Part shown: piece after piece, positions 26,005 to 36,126 of the stretch
Layout of the letters: every line of letters starts with the position of its first letter
Numbering within the stretch: the first letter of the stretch is position 1
Made by a program: the position numbers and the translations under genes
The notes under the pieces: generated by a model
Told to the model about the DNA's origin: nothing
Database searches by the model: none
Seen by the model: only the letters and a program-made list of their open reading frames with translations
DNA from: an uncultured Eubacteriales bacterium
GTDB taxonomy: Bacteria; Bacillota; Clostridia; Oscillospirales; Acutalibacteraceae
DNA: 64,000 nt
Assembly: GCA_949068525.1 (NCBI GenBank)
Contig: CARTIQ010000005.1
Location: 292 to 64,291 of the forward strand
Direction: 5' to 3'

Positions 26005-27984
26005 TTGAAATTGAGGGAGCATTCGCGATACATCTTCTGTGCAGGCCTAGTTCTTGTAATATTTTCGGCGTATATCGCGCGGTTGGTGGATTGGCAGATT
26101 ATAAACGGCGAAGAATACCGAGAACGCGCAAATCGGAGCAGTATTTATCGGAACAAAACAGATATTTTGCGAGGCGAGATATTGGACGTCAACGGTGTCG
26201 GGCTTGTGGAGAATATCACCGGGTATAAAATTATGCTGGACAGGTTCGCGCTGCCTCCAGAAGAAGAAAATCAAACGATTTTGGATTTGATTACGCTTCT
26301 TGCCTTAAAAAAAGAGCCGTTTATCGATGAACTTCCAATAACGATTGAGCCCAATGGTCATTTTAAGTTTTTAGAGGGCAAGGAAAAGGAGATAAAGGAG
26401 CTCAAGGGTAAGAACCGACTGAACTTGAATTCTTACTCTACTGCGGACGAATGCATGGAGAAATTGACGCAAAAATATGGTTGCCAGAATTTTGATGCGA
26501 AGACAATGCGCGATATAGTTAGTGTGAAGTATAACATGGATGTGAGCGGCTACTATGATTCTATGGCGAGCTCCTACACTTTTGCGGACAACATTAGCTC
26601 GGAGCTTTTGACGATTATTGCAGAGAAATTTCAAGATGCGTCTGGGGTTCGGATAGGCTTGTCGGCCAAAAGGCAGGCAGTCAATTCCGATTTGGCACCA
26701 CATATTGTTGGCTCTACGGGAAAAATTTCCGAAGAACAGTACGAAAAATTAAAAAGTAAGGGCTACACTCTTAATGATATAGTGGGCAAAAGCGGAATTG
26801 AAGCGGCAATGGAGGAAATGCTGCGAGGAGTTGCAGGTGAAAAAAAGGTAGAGGTTGCAAGGGATGGATCTGTGCTGCACACCCCGAACGCAAAAGAGGC
26901 AAAGCCAGGTAACACGATTTTCTTGACAATTGATTCGAGAGTTCAACGGGCGGCCAATGAGTCTTTAGCAAAGGCAGTAAAGTCTTCCGGTCAGCACGAC
27001 TGCGTTGCGGGCGCAGTGGTTGCTTTGAGTGTGAAGGATTTTTCGATTTTGGCAGCGGCAACCTATCCAAGCTACGATTTAGCTAAGTTGAGTCAGCCAG
27101 GGTACTATACACAACTCACAATTGACAAGGCCAACCCGTTATTTGACCGAGCTTTTAGAGGGTCATTTGCGCCAGGTTCAATATTTAAGCCTTTGGTGGC
27201 TTGTGGAGCACTTCAAGAGGGCGTTTTAACGACTTCGGATAAGATCCGATGCACGGGAATTTATCATTACCCCGGGCACGATTTTACCAACAAATGCTTG
27301 GGAGTGCATGGAAATGCGGACTTATTATATGCAATGGCGAAGTCTTGTAACGTGTTTTTTTCGGAAGCTGGCAGACGATTGGGCATAGAAAAGATGGACC
27401 TATACGCCAAGCAGTTTGGCTTGGGAGTAAAGACGGGAATAGAGTTGACGGAATCTGCAGGGGTTTTAGCAGGACCAGAGCATAGCAAGGCTGTGGGCTC
27501 GCGGTGGAGCAATTTGGTCACGATCAAAGCGGCAATTGGTCAAGCAGATAATCAGTTTACACCGTTACAGCTAGCGACGTATGTTGGGACTATCGCTAGT
27601 GGAGGTAATCGTTATCGGCCACATTTGGTTAGAAAAGTTACGGATTATCTGAGAGAGAACGTTATTATGGAGAATAGTCCAGAACACCCAGAACTTGTAG
27701 ATACTGCGGGGATCTCGGAAGAAAACTTGAATATTGTGAAAAGTGCGATGCGGCAGGTTGTACTTTCTGGTACAGCAACGAACTTTAGCGGTTATGTGGT
27801 GCCGATTGCTGCCAAGACTGGGACGGCGCAAAATAGTGGTTCTGACCACACTACGTTTATATGTTTTGCACCTTACGAAAATCCGGAAATCGCGATTGCA
27901 GTAGTGGTGGAGCATGGTGCTAAGGGTATGGTCTCCAAAATCGTTGCAAAGGATATTATGGATGTGTATTTTTCTAATAAATAA
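26005..27984 (+). CDS. class-B penicillin-binding protein (PBP2/MrdA- or SpoVD-like transpeptidase, no PASTA domain)
   Basis: An N-terminal TM anchor and dimerisation domain are present. Transpeptidase motifs are SxxK (GSIFKP), SxN (SCN) and KTG (KTGTA). Confidence 0.88.
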   Translation: MKLREHSRYIFCAGLVLVIFSAYIARLVDWQIINGEEYRERANRSSIYRNKTDILRGEILDVNGVGLVENITGYKIMLDRFALPPEEENQTILDLITLLALKKEPFIDELPITIEPNGHFKFLEGKEKEIKELKGKNRLNLNSYSTADECMEKLTQKYGCQNFDAKTMRDIVSVKYNMDVSGYYDSMASSYTFADNISSELLTIIAEKFQDASGVRIGLSAKRQAVNSDLAPHIVGSTGKISEEQYEKLKSKGYTLNDIVGKSGIEAAMEEMLRGVAGEKKVEVARDGSVLHTPNAKEAKPGNTIFLTIDSRVQRAANESLAKAVKSSGQHDCVAGAVVALSVKDFSILAAATYPSYDLAKLSQPGYYTQLTIDKANPLFDRAFRGSFAPGSIFKPLVACGALQEGVLTTSDKIRCTGIYHYPGHDFTNKCLGVHGNADLLYAMAKSCNVFFSEAGRRLGIEKMDLYAKQFGLGVKTGIELTESAGVLAGPEHSKAVGSRWSNLVTIKAAIGQADNQFTPLQLATYVGTIASGGNRYRPHLVRKVTDYLRENVIMENSPEHPELVDTAGISEENLNIVKSAMRQVVLSGTATNFSGYVVPIAAKTGTAQNSGSDHTTFICFAPYENPEIAIAVVVEHGAKGMVSKIVAKDIMDVYFSNK

Positions 27985-28230
27985 ATTTTCTTCGATTTTA
28001 GAAAAATACTTGCTTTTTGAGACTTAAAAATTGTATAATTACCTTGCTGATTGTAAATTTTTGCATTATTTTTAAAAAATTATTGAAATTAGTTTTTTTA
28101 TGTGCTATCATGTATTTATTAAGTAGCTTTGGCCACTAGATGTTGTGTGTTTTTTTATTTGTTAAATGTGTTTTATTTTAAGTTTGTTCATGCTTTTGAT
28201 GTGTGATTTATATTAGGAGTGACTTTTTTT

Positions 28231-28635
28231 ATGAATATTGCGCTTATTGCTCACGATGCAAAAAAAGAATTAATGGTCCAGTTTTGTATAGCTTATTCTG
28301 GAATTCTTAATAAACATAACTTATGTGCTACTGGTATTACTGGAAAAGTTATTACAGAATCAACTGGCCTAAAAATTCAACGTTTTATGAGCGGATCACA
28401 GGGCGGTATGCAACAAATTGCGGCGAGGATCACTTGTAATGAAATTGACATGCTGCTGTTTTTTAGGGATCCAATGGGAACAAACGCCATGGAAAGTAAT
28501 GATATTAGCTTGCTACGGTTGTGCGATTTACATGGAATTCCTGTGGCAACGAACATTGCAACTGCAGAAGTTCTAATTCATGGGCTCGACAGAGGAGATC
28601 TAGAGTGGCGTAATATTGTCAGTCCGCATAAATAG
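28231..28635 (+). CDS. mgsA: methylglyoxal synthase(-like)
   Basis: The ORF runs from 28219; ATG 28231 follows AGGAG. Motifs present: MNIALIAHDAKK, L.ATG.TG, GP.GG(D)QQI, D.LIFF.DP and RLC…IP.ATN.ATA. Confidence 0.85.
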   Translation: MNIALIAHDAKKELMVQFCIAYSGILNKHNLCATGITGKVITESTGLKIQRFMSGSQGGMQQIAARITCNEIDMLLFFRDPMGTNAMESNDISLLRLCDLHGIPVATNIATAEVLIHGLDRGDLEWRNIVSPHK

Positions 28636-28659
28636 TAAAGTTTATACATAATGAAATGG

Positions 28660-28691
28660 CCGACAAAGTTACTGTTTGTCGGTTAATTTTT
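28660..28691 (+). terminator. intrinsic terminator after mgsA
   Basis: The stem is CCGACAAA(28660-28667)/TTTGTCGG(28675-28682) with a 7-nt loop, followed by TTAATTTTT. Confidence 0.7.
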
Positions 28692-28722
28692 AGTTATTAT
28701 AAGGTTTTAAGGAGGGTTTAAT

Positions 28723-30009
28723 ATGGAGTTGTTGACAAAGGCGGTTCGTGGCACGCAAGATATTTTGCCTAAAGATAGCTACAAACGGCGATTTGTTGCG
28801 GAACTAATGCTGAATGAGGCCAGCTTATATGGCTTTAAAGAAATTAGGACGCCGGTTTTTGAGCACACAGAGCTTTTTGACAGAGGCGTTGGCGATGGTA
28901 CGGACATTGTGCAGAAGGAAATGTATACGTTTAAAGACAGAGGTGGGCGCTCATTAACGTTAAAGCCGGAGGGAACGGTATCGGCAGCTCGGTTGATGCT
29001 TGAGCACGGACTTTTTAACGACGTGCTGCCTATAAAACTTATGTATATTACACCTTGCTATAGATATGAAAAACCGCAGTCTGGCCGGTATAGAGAGTTT
29101 TATCAGTTTGGTGTAGAAATGTTTGGCTCTGGTGCGCCGGTAGCAGATGCTGAAATTATTTGTTTGGCCAAGACTTTGTTTGACCGTCTTGGAATTTCGA
29201 ATTTAACGCTGGAGATTAATTCGATTGGATGTCCTATTTGCAGAAAAAATTATCAGGCGGCGCTAAAAAAATATTTTTACGAGAATAAGGATAATTTGTG
29301 CACGACGTGCATTGACCGTTTGGAGCGTAACCCTATGAGAATTATTGACTGCAAAAATCTAGGATGTAAAAAGATTTCTCAGAATGCACCAAACATTATT
29401 GATTTTTTGTGCGATGATTGCAGTGAGCATTTTGATGAGGTGCAGAGGTATTTAGATCGCTCTAAAATAGAATATAGAATTAACCCTAAGATTGTTCGCG
29501 GACTTGATTATTACACTAAAACGGTGTTTGAGTTTGTTTCTCAGGCGGACTCGCAGAGAAGTCTGGTTTGTGGCGGAGGTGGGCGCTACGATGGTTTGAT
29601 TGAAGAGATTGGGGGCCCCTTCATGCCGGCAGTTGGTTTTGGTGTGGGGCTGGAACGGTTATTGCTTTTGATGGAATCGCAAAAAATTGACATTCCAAAA
29701 CCTAAGTCTTGCGACGTATTTATTGCGGCAATTGGTGAAGAGGCGAATCTTAAATCTTTTGAATTAGCTAAAACTTTGAGAGAAAAATCATTTTATGTAG
29801 AGTTAGATGTTGAGCAAAGAGGACTTAAAGCTCAGCTTAAATACGCCAATAAAATTAATGCTCAGTTTTGCCTTGTAATAGGGGATTCTGAACTAGAGAA
29901 AGGCATGGCAGAACTTAAAGATATGAATAGTGGAGAAAAATTTGAGGTAAGTTTGGAGCATGAACGATTTGTAGAGATTTTTAGTCGACTTTTTGGGGCA
30001 AAAAATTAA
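28723..30009 (+). CDS. hisS: histidine--tRNA ligase
   Basis: RBS AAGGAGGG is present. Class II motifs include RGT.D, E.RTP.FE, LRPE.T, YRYE.PQ.GR.REF.Q and GGGRYD.L. Confidence 0.95.
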   Translation: MELLTKAVRGTQDILPKDSYKRRFVAELMLNEASLYGFKEIRTPVFEHTELFDRGVGDGTDIVQKEMYTFKDRGGRSLTLKPEGTVSAARLMLEHGLFNDVLPIKLMYITPCYRYEKPQSGRYREFYQFGVEMFGSGAPVADAEIICLAKTLFDRLGISNLTLEINSIGCPICRKNYQAALKKYFYENKDNLCTTCIDRLERNPMRIIDCKNLGCKKISQNAPNIIDFLCDDCSEHFDEVQRYLDRSKIEYRINPKIVRGLDYYTKTVFEFVSQADSQRSLVCGGGGRYDGLIEEIGGPFMPAVGFGVGLERLLLLMESQKIDIPKPKSCDVFIAAIGEEANLKSFELAKTLREKSFYVELDVEQRGLKAQLKYANKINAQFCLVIGDSELEKGMAELKDMNSGEKFEVSLEHERFVEIFSRLFGAKN

Positions 30010-30046
30010 CGGAATAAAAGTTATATGATTGATTTATTTAAAGATT

Positions 30047-30085
30047 AATTGTCACTTTTTAATTTAAAGGTGACAATTTTTATTT
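30047..30085 (+). terminator. intrinsic terminator after hisS
   Basis: The stem is AATTGTCAC(30047-30055)/GTGACAATT(30070-30078), followed by TTTTATTT. Confidence 0.6.
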
Positions 30086-30165
30086 CTTTGTTTTTGGCTG
30101 CATTAATAAAGACTCAAAGGCCAATACTTAAATTAATGGCAAACGAGCTAAGGAGGTTTTTTGAC

Positions 30166-30948
30166 GTGCAGTATAACAAAGTAGAGCTATGCGGAGTTAA
30201 TACAGCAAAACTTAAGGTTTTATCGGAAAAGGAAAAGATGGAGCTTTTAAAGGCGATGAAAACTGGGACAAAAAAAGAACGAAACAAAGCAAGAGAAGAG
30301 CTAGTAAACGGGAACTTAAGGCTGGTGCTAAGTGTAATACAGCGTTTTACAAATAGAGGTGAAAATCTAGATGATTTATTTCAGGTTGGATGCATAGGGT
30401 TAATAAAGGCTATTGACAATTTTGACATTGACCTTAATGTCCGGTTTTCCACCTACGGCGTGCCCATGATAATTGGTGAAATACGTAGATATCTGCGAGA
30501 CAATAACTCCATCAGAGTAAGCCGCTCAATGCGCGATGTTGCATATAAAGCCATGCAGGTTAAAGAGCAAATTATAGCAACGTCTGGGCAGGAGCCTTCT
30601 ATTGATGAAATTGCAAAAAAATTAGACGTAAAAAGAGAGACATTAGTAATTGCATTAGAGTCTATTGTAGAACCGATTTCTCTGTATGAGCCGGTTTTTT
30701 CTGAAGGCAGCGACACCATTTATGTTATGGACCAGGTTGGGAGCAAAAATGAAGATATCAACTGGCTAGAGGAGATTGTTTTTAAGGAATCTATAGCTAA
30801 ATTGAGTGACCGCGAAAAAAAAATCTTAAGCCTGCGCTTTTTGGTAGGAAAAACCCAAATGGAAGTTGCTTCCGAAATAGGAATCAGTCAGGCGCAAGTT
30901 TCTCGGTTAGAAAAATATGCGCTAGATAAAGTAAAAGGGAACCCTTAG
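30166..30948 (+). CDS. sigG: sporulation sigma factor SigG (forespore late)
   Basis: GTG 30166 lies 9 nt after AGGAGG (30151-30156). The long ORF from 30049 would include the hisS terminator, so I reject that start. The match to B. subtilis SigG is near-identical in blocks: KVE.CGV.T.KL, LVNGNLRLVLSVIQRF.NRGE..DDLFQVGCIGL.K.IDNFD, FSTY.VPMIIGEIRRYLRDNN.IRVSRS.RD.AYKA.QV and GKTQMEVA.EIGISQAQVSRLEK. Confidence 0.9.
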   Translation: MQYNKVELCGVNTAKLKVLSEKEKMELLKAMKTGTKKERNKAREELVNGNLRLVLSVIQRFTNRGENLDDLFQVGCIGLIKAIDNFDIDLNVRFSTYGVPMIIGEIRRYLRDNNSIRVSRSMRDVAYKAMQVKEQIIATSGQEPSIDEIAKKLDVKRETLVIALESIVEPISLYEPVFSEGSDTIYVMDQVGSKNEDINWLEEIVFKESIAKLSDREKKILSLRFLVGKTQMEVASEIGISQAQVSRLEKYALDKVKGNP

Positions 30949-31050
30949 CGGGAAACAAGACTACTATAGCTTATCGCTCTCCAATTCGTTTGCGTTGATT
31001 TAATCTTTTTGCCGTTGTATAATATAGGTGTTTAAATTTGGAGGGTGAGC

Positions 31051-31863
31051 ATGGACTGGATTAGCAAATGCACTGAGATTCGGCGCTTGATTTTGAAGAC
31101 TATTGGTACTTTGGGGAGCGGGCATATTGGGGGATCGCTATCTATTGTGGAGCTTTTGGTCGTACTTTATGAAAAGCATATGAACATTGACCCCCAAAAC
31201 CCAAATATGCCGGGAAAAGACCGCCTGGTTGTGTCTAAGGGGCACAGCGGACCGGCAGTTTATTCTGTTTTGTGCAGTAAGGGTTACTTTGGCGAAGAGT
31301 GGCTACTAACGCTTAATCAGCCGGGGACTAATCTACCAAGCCATTGCGATATGAATAAAACTCCAGGAATCGACATGACAACAGGATCGCTGGGGCAAGG
31401 ATTTTCCTGCGCAATGGGGATAGCGAAGGCCTCTAAATTAAAAAACGACGGAGCTACGATTTATACGATAATTGGCGACGGAGAGAGCCAGGAAGGGCAG
31501 ATTTGGGAGGCCGCGATGTTTGCTGCACAGCATAAGCTGGACAACGTAATTGCATTTACGGATTATAACAAACTGCAGCTTGATGGAGAAGTTAGCGAAA
31601 TTTGTGATATAGCGCCGTTGGACGAGAAGTGGCGCGCTTTTGGCTGGAGTGTATTGGTTGTGGAAGATGGCCACGATTGCGAGGCTATTGATGAGGCTAT
31701 AACATCGACGAGGTTTTCGTCAAAGCCCTCGATGATAATCTTAAACACTATAAAGGGGAAGGGAATCTCCTTTGCAGAGGCCGCGGGGGCGAGCAACCAC
31801 AGTATGCAGGTTACGCTAGATATGATGGTAGCAGGGTTGGCAGAGCTAAGGGGTGAAGCATAG
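31051..31863 (+). CDS. transketolase, N-terminal (TPP-binding) subunit
   Basis: The ORF runs from 31045; ATG 31051 is 5 nt after GGAGGG. Motifs present: GH.GGS.S, D.(L)V.SKGH, GSLGQG and GDGE..EG..WEA. Confidence 0.9.
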   Translation: MDWISKCTEIRRLILKTIGTLGSGHIGGSLSIVELLVVLYEKHMNIDPQNPNMPGKDRLVVSKGHSGPAVYSVLCSKGYFGEEWLLTLNQPGTNLPSHCDMNKTPGIDMTTGSLGQGFSCAMGIAKASKLKNDGATIYTIIGDGESQEGQIWEAAMFAAQHKLDNVIAFTDYNKLQLDGEVSEICDIAPLDEKWRAFGWSVLVVEDGHDCEAIDEAITSTRFSSKPSMIILNTIKGKGISFAEAAGASNHSMQVTLDMMVAGLAELRGEA

Positions 31864-32807
31864 TGGAGATGCGACAAATTTTGGCCGAAGAATTAGAAAA
31901 GTTGATGGCAAAGAATGAAGATATTGTGTTGCTTGATGCAGATTTATCCCGGGCAAATGGGCTTTCTAACTTAAAGCGCAGATTTCCGGAAAGAGCAATA
32001 AATGTCGGTATAGCAGAGCAAAATATGGCTTGCGTGGCCGCAGGAATGAGTAGCTATGGTATGATCCCCTTTATTTCTACATTTGCGCCTTTTGCAACCA
32101 GACGCATTTGCGACCAGATTGCGATTTCTTGCTCTTACGCTCGGCAGAACGTCAAGATAATCGGTACAGACCCGGGGATTAGCGCGGAGTTTAACGGCGG
32201 GACACATATGAGTTTTGAGGATATCGGAGTTTTGAGAAGCATCCCGGGGATTGTGATTTTTGAACCTACAGATGGAACTCAACTGAGAAAGGCGCTCCCG
32301 CAGATTACAGATTACTACGGCGTTGTGTATATTCGGATGATTCGCAAGTTGGCACCGGATGTTTTTGATGATGCCTGCGACTTTTCCATATTTAAGGTAA
32401 GCAAACTTAAGGATGGCCAAGATTTGAGCATTTTTTGTTCTGGAATAATGGTTAGTGAGACTTTGAACGCGGAAAAAGAATTGCAAGCGTGCGGCATAGA
32501 TGCTGAGATTATAAATGTACATACGATAAAGCCCATTGACAGGACGGGGATTATTACTTCTGCAAAGAAGACTGGCGCAGTCTTGACAGTTGAAAATCAT
32601 AATGTGATAGGTGGATTAAAATCGGCTATTTGTGAGGTCTTGATGGAAGAATGCCCTGTGCCGCTGCAATCTGTTGGTGTTGAGGACAAATTTGGCCAGG
32701 TTGGAAAGATGCCATACCTAAAAGAGTGCTATAATCTGCAAACGAGCGACATTGTTAAGAAGGCGTTAGAGGTTTTATCTGTAAAAAATGGAATAAAAGA
32801 TGCATGA
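31863..32807 (+). CDS. transketolase, C-terminal (pyrimidine-binding) subunit
   Basis: The gene overlaps the upstream stop codon by 1 nt. Motifs present: R…NVGIAEQNM…AAG, FATR..DQI and EP.D, plus the C-terminal domain. Confidence 0.9.
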   Translation: MEMRQILAEELEKLMAKNEDIVLLDADLSRANGLSNLKRRFPERAINVGIAEQNMACVAAGMSSYGMIPFISTFAPFATRRICDQIAISCSYARQNVKIIGTDPGISAEFNGGTHMSFEDIGVLRSIPGIVIFEPTDGTQLRKALPQITDYYGVVYIRMIRKLAPDVFDDACDFSIFKVSKLKDGQDLSIFCSGIMVSETLNAEKELQACGIDAEIINVHTIKPIDRTGIITSAKKTGAVLTVENHNVIGGLKSAICEVLMEECPVPLQSVGVEDKFGQVGKMPYLKECYNLQTSDIVKKALEVLSVKNGIKDA

Positions 32808-32849
32808 TATTACCGATTTTGCACAAGATATCTGTGGAGGTGCGATATC

Positions 32850-33617
32850 ATGAGCAAGAACAAGGATTTAACTGCGAATAATTCTGATGGGACAGTGGAT
32901 GAAAACATAAGTGAGGCAAACCCTGGTAGCAAAATTCAGATGGAGCAAATTAGCCAAACTGGTGCTGTTGTTGTAACGAACGGGAAGTATACCATTTATT
33001 GTCTGATGATTTTTGGAACAATTGAAGGGCATGATTTTGCGGAGGATTCGGTGAAGACAACGAAGTACGAAAGGGTAATCCCGCAGCTTGTTGCTATTGA
33101 GGAGAGCCCTTCGATTGATGGGTTGCTTATCCTGCTTAACACAGTGGGTGGTGACATTGAAGCGGGCCTCTCTTTGGCGGAGCTGGTTGCTGGCATGAAA
33201 AAGCCTACGGTTTCGATGGTCGTTGGAGGAGGGCATTCTATTGGGGTTCCGTTAGCTGTCTCGGCAAAAAAGACGTTTATCGCGAAGTCGGCCTCCATGA
33301 TGATACATCCTGTGAGGACGAACGGTACAACTTTGGGGACTTCGCAAGCTTTTGAGTATCTTAAACGGATGCAAAACAGAATTACCAAGTTTATTACGGA
33401 CAACTCGAAGATAAATTCGGAGCGATTTTTGGAGTTGGTTACGAACACTAGCGAGCTTGATATGGACATTGGCACGGTTTTGGAGGGCAAGGAGGCCGTT
33501 ACAGAGGGAATTATAGATGAGGTTGGAAATTTATCTGACGCACTTGCACGTCTTTATGATATGATAGATAATAAAAGTGCCGAAAAAAATTCGAATAATA
33601 GTCGCAAAAAAGCCTAG
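32850..33617 (+). CDS. tepA: ClpP-fold protein TepA (translocation-enhancing protein)
   Basis: The stretch G.IEGH…KTTKYE.VIPQ.VAIE..P.I.GLLI.LNTVGGD.EAGL..AE…KPTVS.V.GGGHSIGVP.AVS is collinear with B. subtilis TepA. It lies directly upstream of spoIIIE, as in Bacillus. Confidence 0.8.
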   Translation: MSKNKDLTANNSDGTVDENISEANPGSKIQMEQISQTGAVVVTNGKYTIYCLMIFGTIEGHDFAEDSVKTTKYERVIPQLVAIEESPSIDGLLILLNTVGGDIEAGLSLAELVAGMKKPTVSMVVGGGHSIGVPLAVSAKKTFIAKSASMMIHPVRTNGTTLGTSQAFEYLKRMQNRITKFITDNSKINSERFLELVTNTSELDMDIGTVLEGKEAVTEGIIDEVGNLSDALARLYDMIDNKSAEKNSNNSRKKA

Positions 33618-33731
33618 AAATCTATGTGGCATATGCTTATAATTTGTGCTGTTACCGTAGGGACAAGCTTTGGCCGCAATCCCTACAGTGAGGCTATTTG
33701 ATGTGGCTATAAAAAACTGCGAGGGGATATT

Positions 33732-36089
33732 TTGACGGAAAAAAAAGATTTTAAATCGAAAAAGACAACAAGGCCAAAAGGCAGACAAGAAGAACCAGCT
33801 AGCCTAAACAACCGGGTGATGTCTATAATAATCTTTGCAACGGCAGTGTTTTTGCTGTGCTTGATGTTCATAAAGGGCGAGAATGTCTGGCTCTTTTTAC
33901 ATAATTTTATTTTGGGCCTTTTTGGAAAGATTGCGGTCTTTTGGCCGGTATTGCTGCTGTATATTGCGGGAACAACGGCAATGGCTAACCCAAAAGATAG
34001 AGCTGGAGTGAAGGTAATACTGTCGGTGATCGTGATTTTTTTGCTATGTACGTCGGTGTACATTTTTGAAGAAGTGCCGCAGTTTGCGAATGCGAACTAT
34101 TTTCAGAGTTTATTAGAGCTTTATAAAAGAGGCGAACAAACCACTGGAGCCGGACTTTTTAGCGGAATTTTAGGAATGCCGATGATATATCTTTTTGGGT
34201 CGATTGGAGCCAGAATAACCATTTCGCTGCTCCTTTTTGTTGCAACGATGCTTTTGACGGGGATAAGCCTTGCCACTCTTTACAATGCGCTTAAGAAAGT
34301 CGCAGTTTTTGTTGCAGAGGGTCTAAAAAGCTGCTTTTTTAATGATGTAACCGATGAAGAGGCCGATGAAAATCATACGAGGTTCCCGGATCATCCGGTA
34401 AAATCGAATGCAATCTTTGAGAGGTTGAAAGAAAACGCAGCTAAGAAATTCGCCAAGGGCAATAATAATGACGAGCTGTTTGAGGATTCTGCGAAAAAAG
34501 CTGCCGAGGCATTTATTGAAAAAAACAAAAAGCAGAGGGGTGAATCTGGAGAGTTTGAGGCAAGTGAGGTTAAGCTAACGCCTGACAAAATAGATGAAAG
34601 TACATATAACTACCCGCCGGCGACACTTTTGGAACCAACAAAAGAGCAAAATCAGGCGGATATCCGGCACGAGCTGCAGACAAATGGCCAGATGCTGGTG
34701 GACACGCTTAATAGCTTTTCTGTTCAGACAAAAATTGTGGATATAAGCCGTGGTCCTGCCGTTACCAGATACGAACTTCAGCCTGCGGCGGGCGTAAAAA
34801 TTAGCAAGATAACGAATCTTGCGGACGATATTGCACTTAATTTGGCTGCTTTGGGGGTACGCATTGAGGCGCCTATCCCAGGAAAGGCCGCAGTGGGGAT
34901 AGAGGTTCCGAATAAGATTGTGAACATTGTTAAAATGCGCGAGCTAGTTAATTCTGATGAATTTGTGAATTCGAGGAGCAAACTGACAGTTATTTTGGGG
35001 CGAGATATTGCTGGGAACGTGACTATTGCGGATTTATCTAAGATGCCACATTTGCTAATCGCAGGATCGACAGGCTCTGGGAAGTCTGTATGCATAAATT
35101 CGTTCATTATAAGCTTGCTTTATAAGGCGAGCCCTGAAGACGTTCGCCTGCTTATGATTGACCCGAAGGTGGTTGAGCTTGGCATATACAATGGAATTCC
35201 ACACCTTTTGGTGCCTGTCGTTACGGATCCACGCAAGGCTGCTGGGGCTCTTAACTGGGCGGTTACGGAGATGCTTAAAAGGTATAACTTTTTTGCCGAA
35301 AACAACGTGCGCGATTTGACATCTTATAACAAAATGGTGCAAAATAAGATAAAATCGGGGGGTGCTAAGAACGAGGAAGAAAAGTTCGAAAAAATGCCAC
35401 AAATTGTGATAATTATTGATGAACTAGCGGACTTAATGATGGCGGCGCCTAACGAAGTTGAAGATGCAATATGCAGGTTGGCACAGATGGCCCGTGCTGC
35501 CGGTATGCACTTAGTGATCGCAACGCAGCGACCTTCTGTAGACGTTATTACCGGAGTTATAAAGGCTAACATCCCCAGTAGAATCGCACTTTCGGTTTCT
35601 TCGCAGATTGACTCTAGGACTATTCTTGACTCTAGTGGCGCGGAAAAGCTTCTTGGCCGAGGTGACATGCTGTTTTCACCAATTGGATCTTCAAAACCGT
35701 TGAGGGTACAAGGATGTTTTTTAACGGACAAAGAGATCGAGAATGTTTTGAGTTTTATCAAGAATAATGGGCAAAATGAGTACGACCAGACGGTGATTGA
35801 GGAGATAGAGAAAAATGCAGTACAGGAGCCGACCAAAGAGGAGAAGTTCGACGACAAAGAGCAAGATCTGATGCTGGAAGAGGCAATAAACTGTGTCATG
35901 GAGGTAGGCCAGGCTTCTACGTCATTGCTGCAACGGCGGTTGAGGCTGGGTTATGCAAGAGCTGGCAGACTTATCGATGAAATGGAACGAATGGGTATTG
36001 TGGGGCCGCACGAGGGCTCTAAGCCCAGGCAGATTTTGGCCAAAAATTATCAGATGCCGCCCAACAAAGAGACATTTAACAGGCCATAA
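33732..36089 (+). CDS. spoIIIE: DNA translocase FtsK/SpoIIIE
   Basis: N-terminal TM helices and a linker precede the motor domain, which has Walker A GSTGSGKS, DELADLMM and ATQRPSVDV. A C-terminal gamma winged-helix domain (LLQRRLR.GY.RA.RLID.ME..GIVGP) is present. Confidence 0.93.
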   Translation: MTEKKDFKSKKTTRPKGRQEEPASLNNRVMSIIIFATAVFLLCLMFIKGENVWLFLHNFILGLFGKIAVFWPVLLLYIAGTTAMANPKDRAGVKVILSVIVIFLLCTSVYIFEEVPQFANANYFQSLLELYKRGEQTTGAGLFSGILGMPMIYLFGSIGARITISLLLFVATMLLTGISLATLYNALKKVAVFVAEGLKSCFFNDVTDEEADENHTRFPDHPVKSNAIFERLKENAAKKFAKGNNNDELFEDSAKKAAEAFIEKNKKQRGESGEFEASEVKLTPDKIDESTYNYPPATLLEPTKEQNQADIRHELQTNGQMLVDTLNSFSVQTKIVDISRGPAVTRYELQPAAGVKISKITNLADDIALNLAALGVRIEAPIPGKAAVGIEVPNKIVNIVKMRELVNSDEFVNSRSKLTVILGRDIAGNVTIADLSKMPHLLIAGSTGSGKSVCINSFIISLLYKASPEDVRLLMIDPKVVELGIYNGIPHLLVPVVTDPRKAAGALNWAVTEMLKRYNFFAENNVRDLTSYNKMVQNKIKSGGAKNEEEKFEKMPQIVIIIDELADLMMAAPNEVEDAICRLAQMARAAGMHLVIATQRPSVDVITGVIKANIPSRIALSVSSQIDSRTILDSSGAEKLLGRGDMLFSPIGSSKPLRVQGCFLTDKEIENVLSFIKNNGQNEYDQTVIEEIEKNAVQEPTKEEKFDDKEQDLMLEEAINCVMEVGQASTSLLQRRLRLGYARAGRLIDEMERMGIVGPHEGSKPRQILAKNYQMPPNKETFNRP

Positions 36090-36126
36090 ACTATTTTGGT
36101 ATGAGAGGCGTTGAAGGGAGCGTTTT

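Noticed and set aside
28636-28722. Possible T-box leaders upstream of the aminoacyl-tRNA synthetase genes hisS (here) and proS (54104-54258).
   Set aside because: The intergenic regions (87 bp and 155 bp) are too short for a T-box. I saw no T-box core sequence or specifier-loop architecture. The hairpin at 28660-28691 is simply the mgsA terminator.
30049-30165. An N-terminal extension of the sigG ORF (MSLFNLKVTIFISLFL…) that could be read as a pro-sequence or TM segment.
   Set aside because: The extension contains the hisS terminator stem-loop (30047-30085). A strong AGGAGG-9 nt-GTG start at 30166 gives a protein collinear with SigG from its first residues.
31971-32600. A 209-aa ORF on the minus strand.
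   Set aside because: It is antisense to the transketolase C-terminal subunit gene. This is a shadow ORF.
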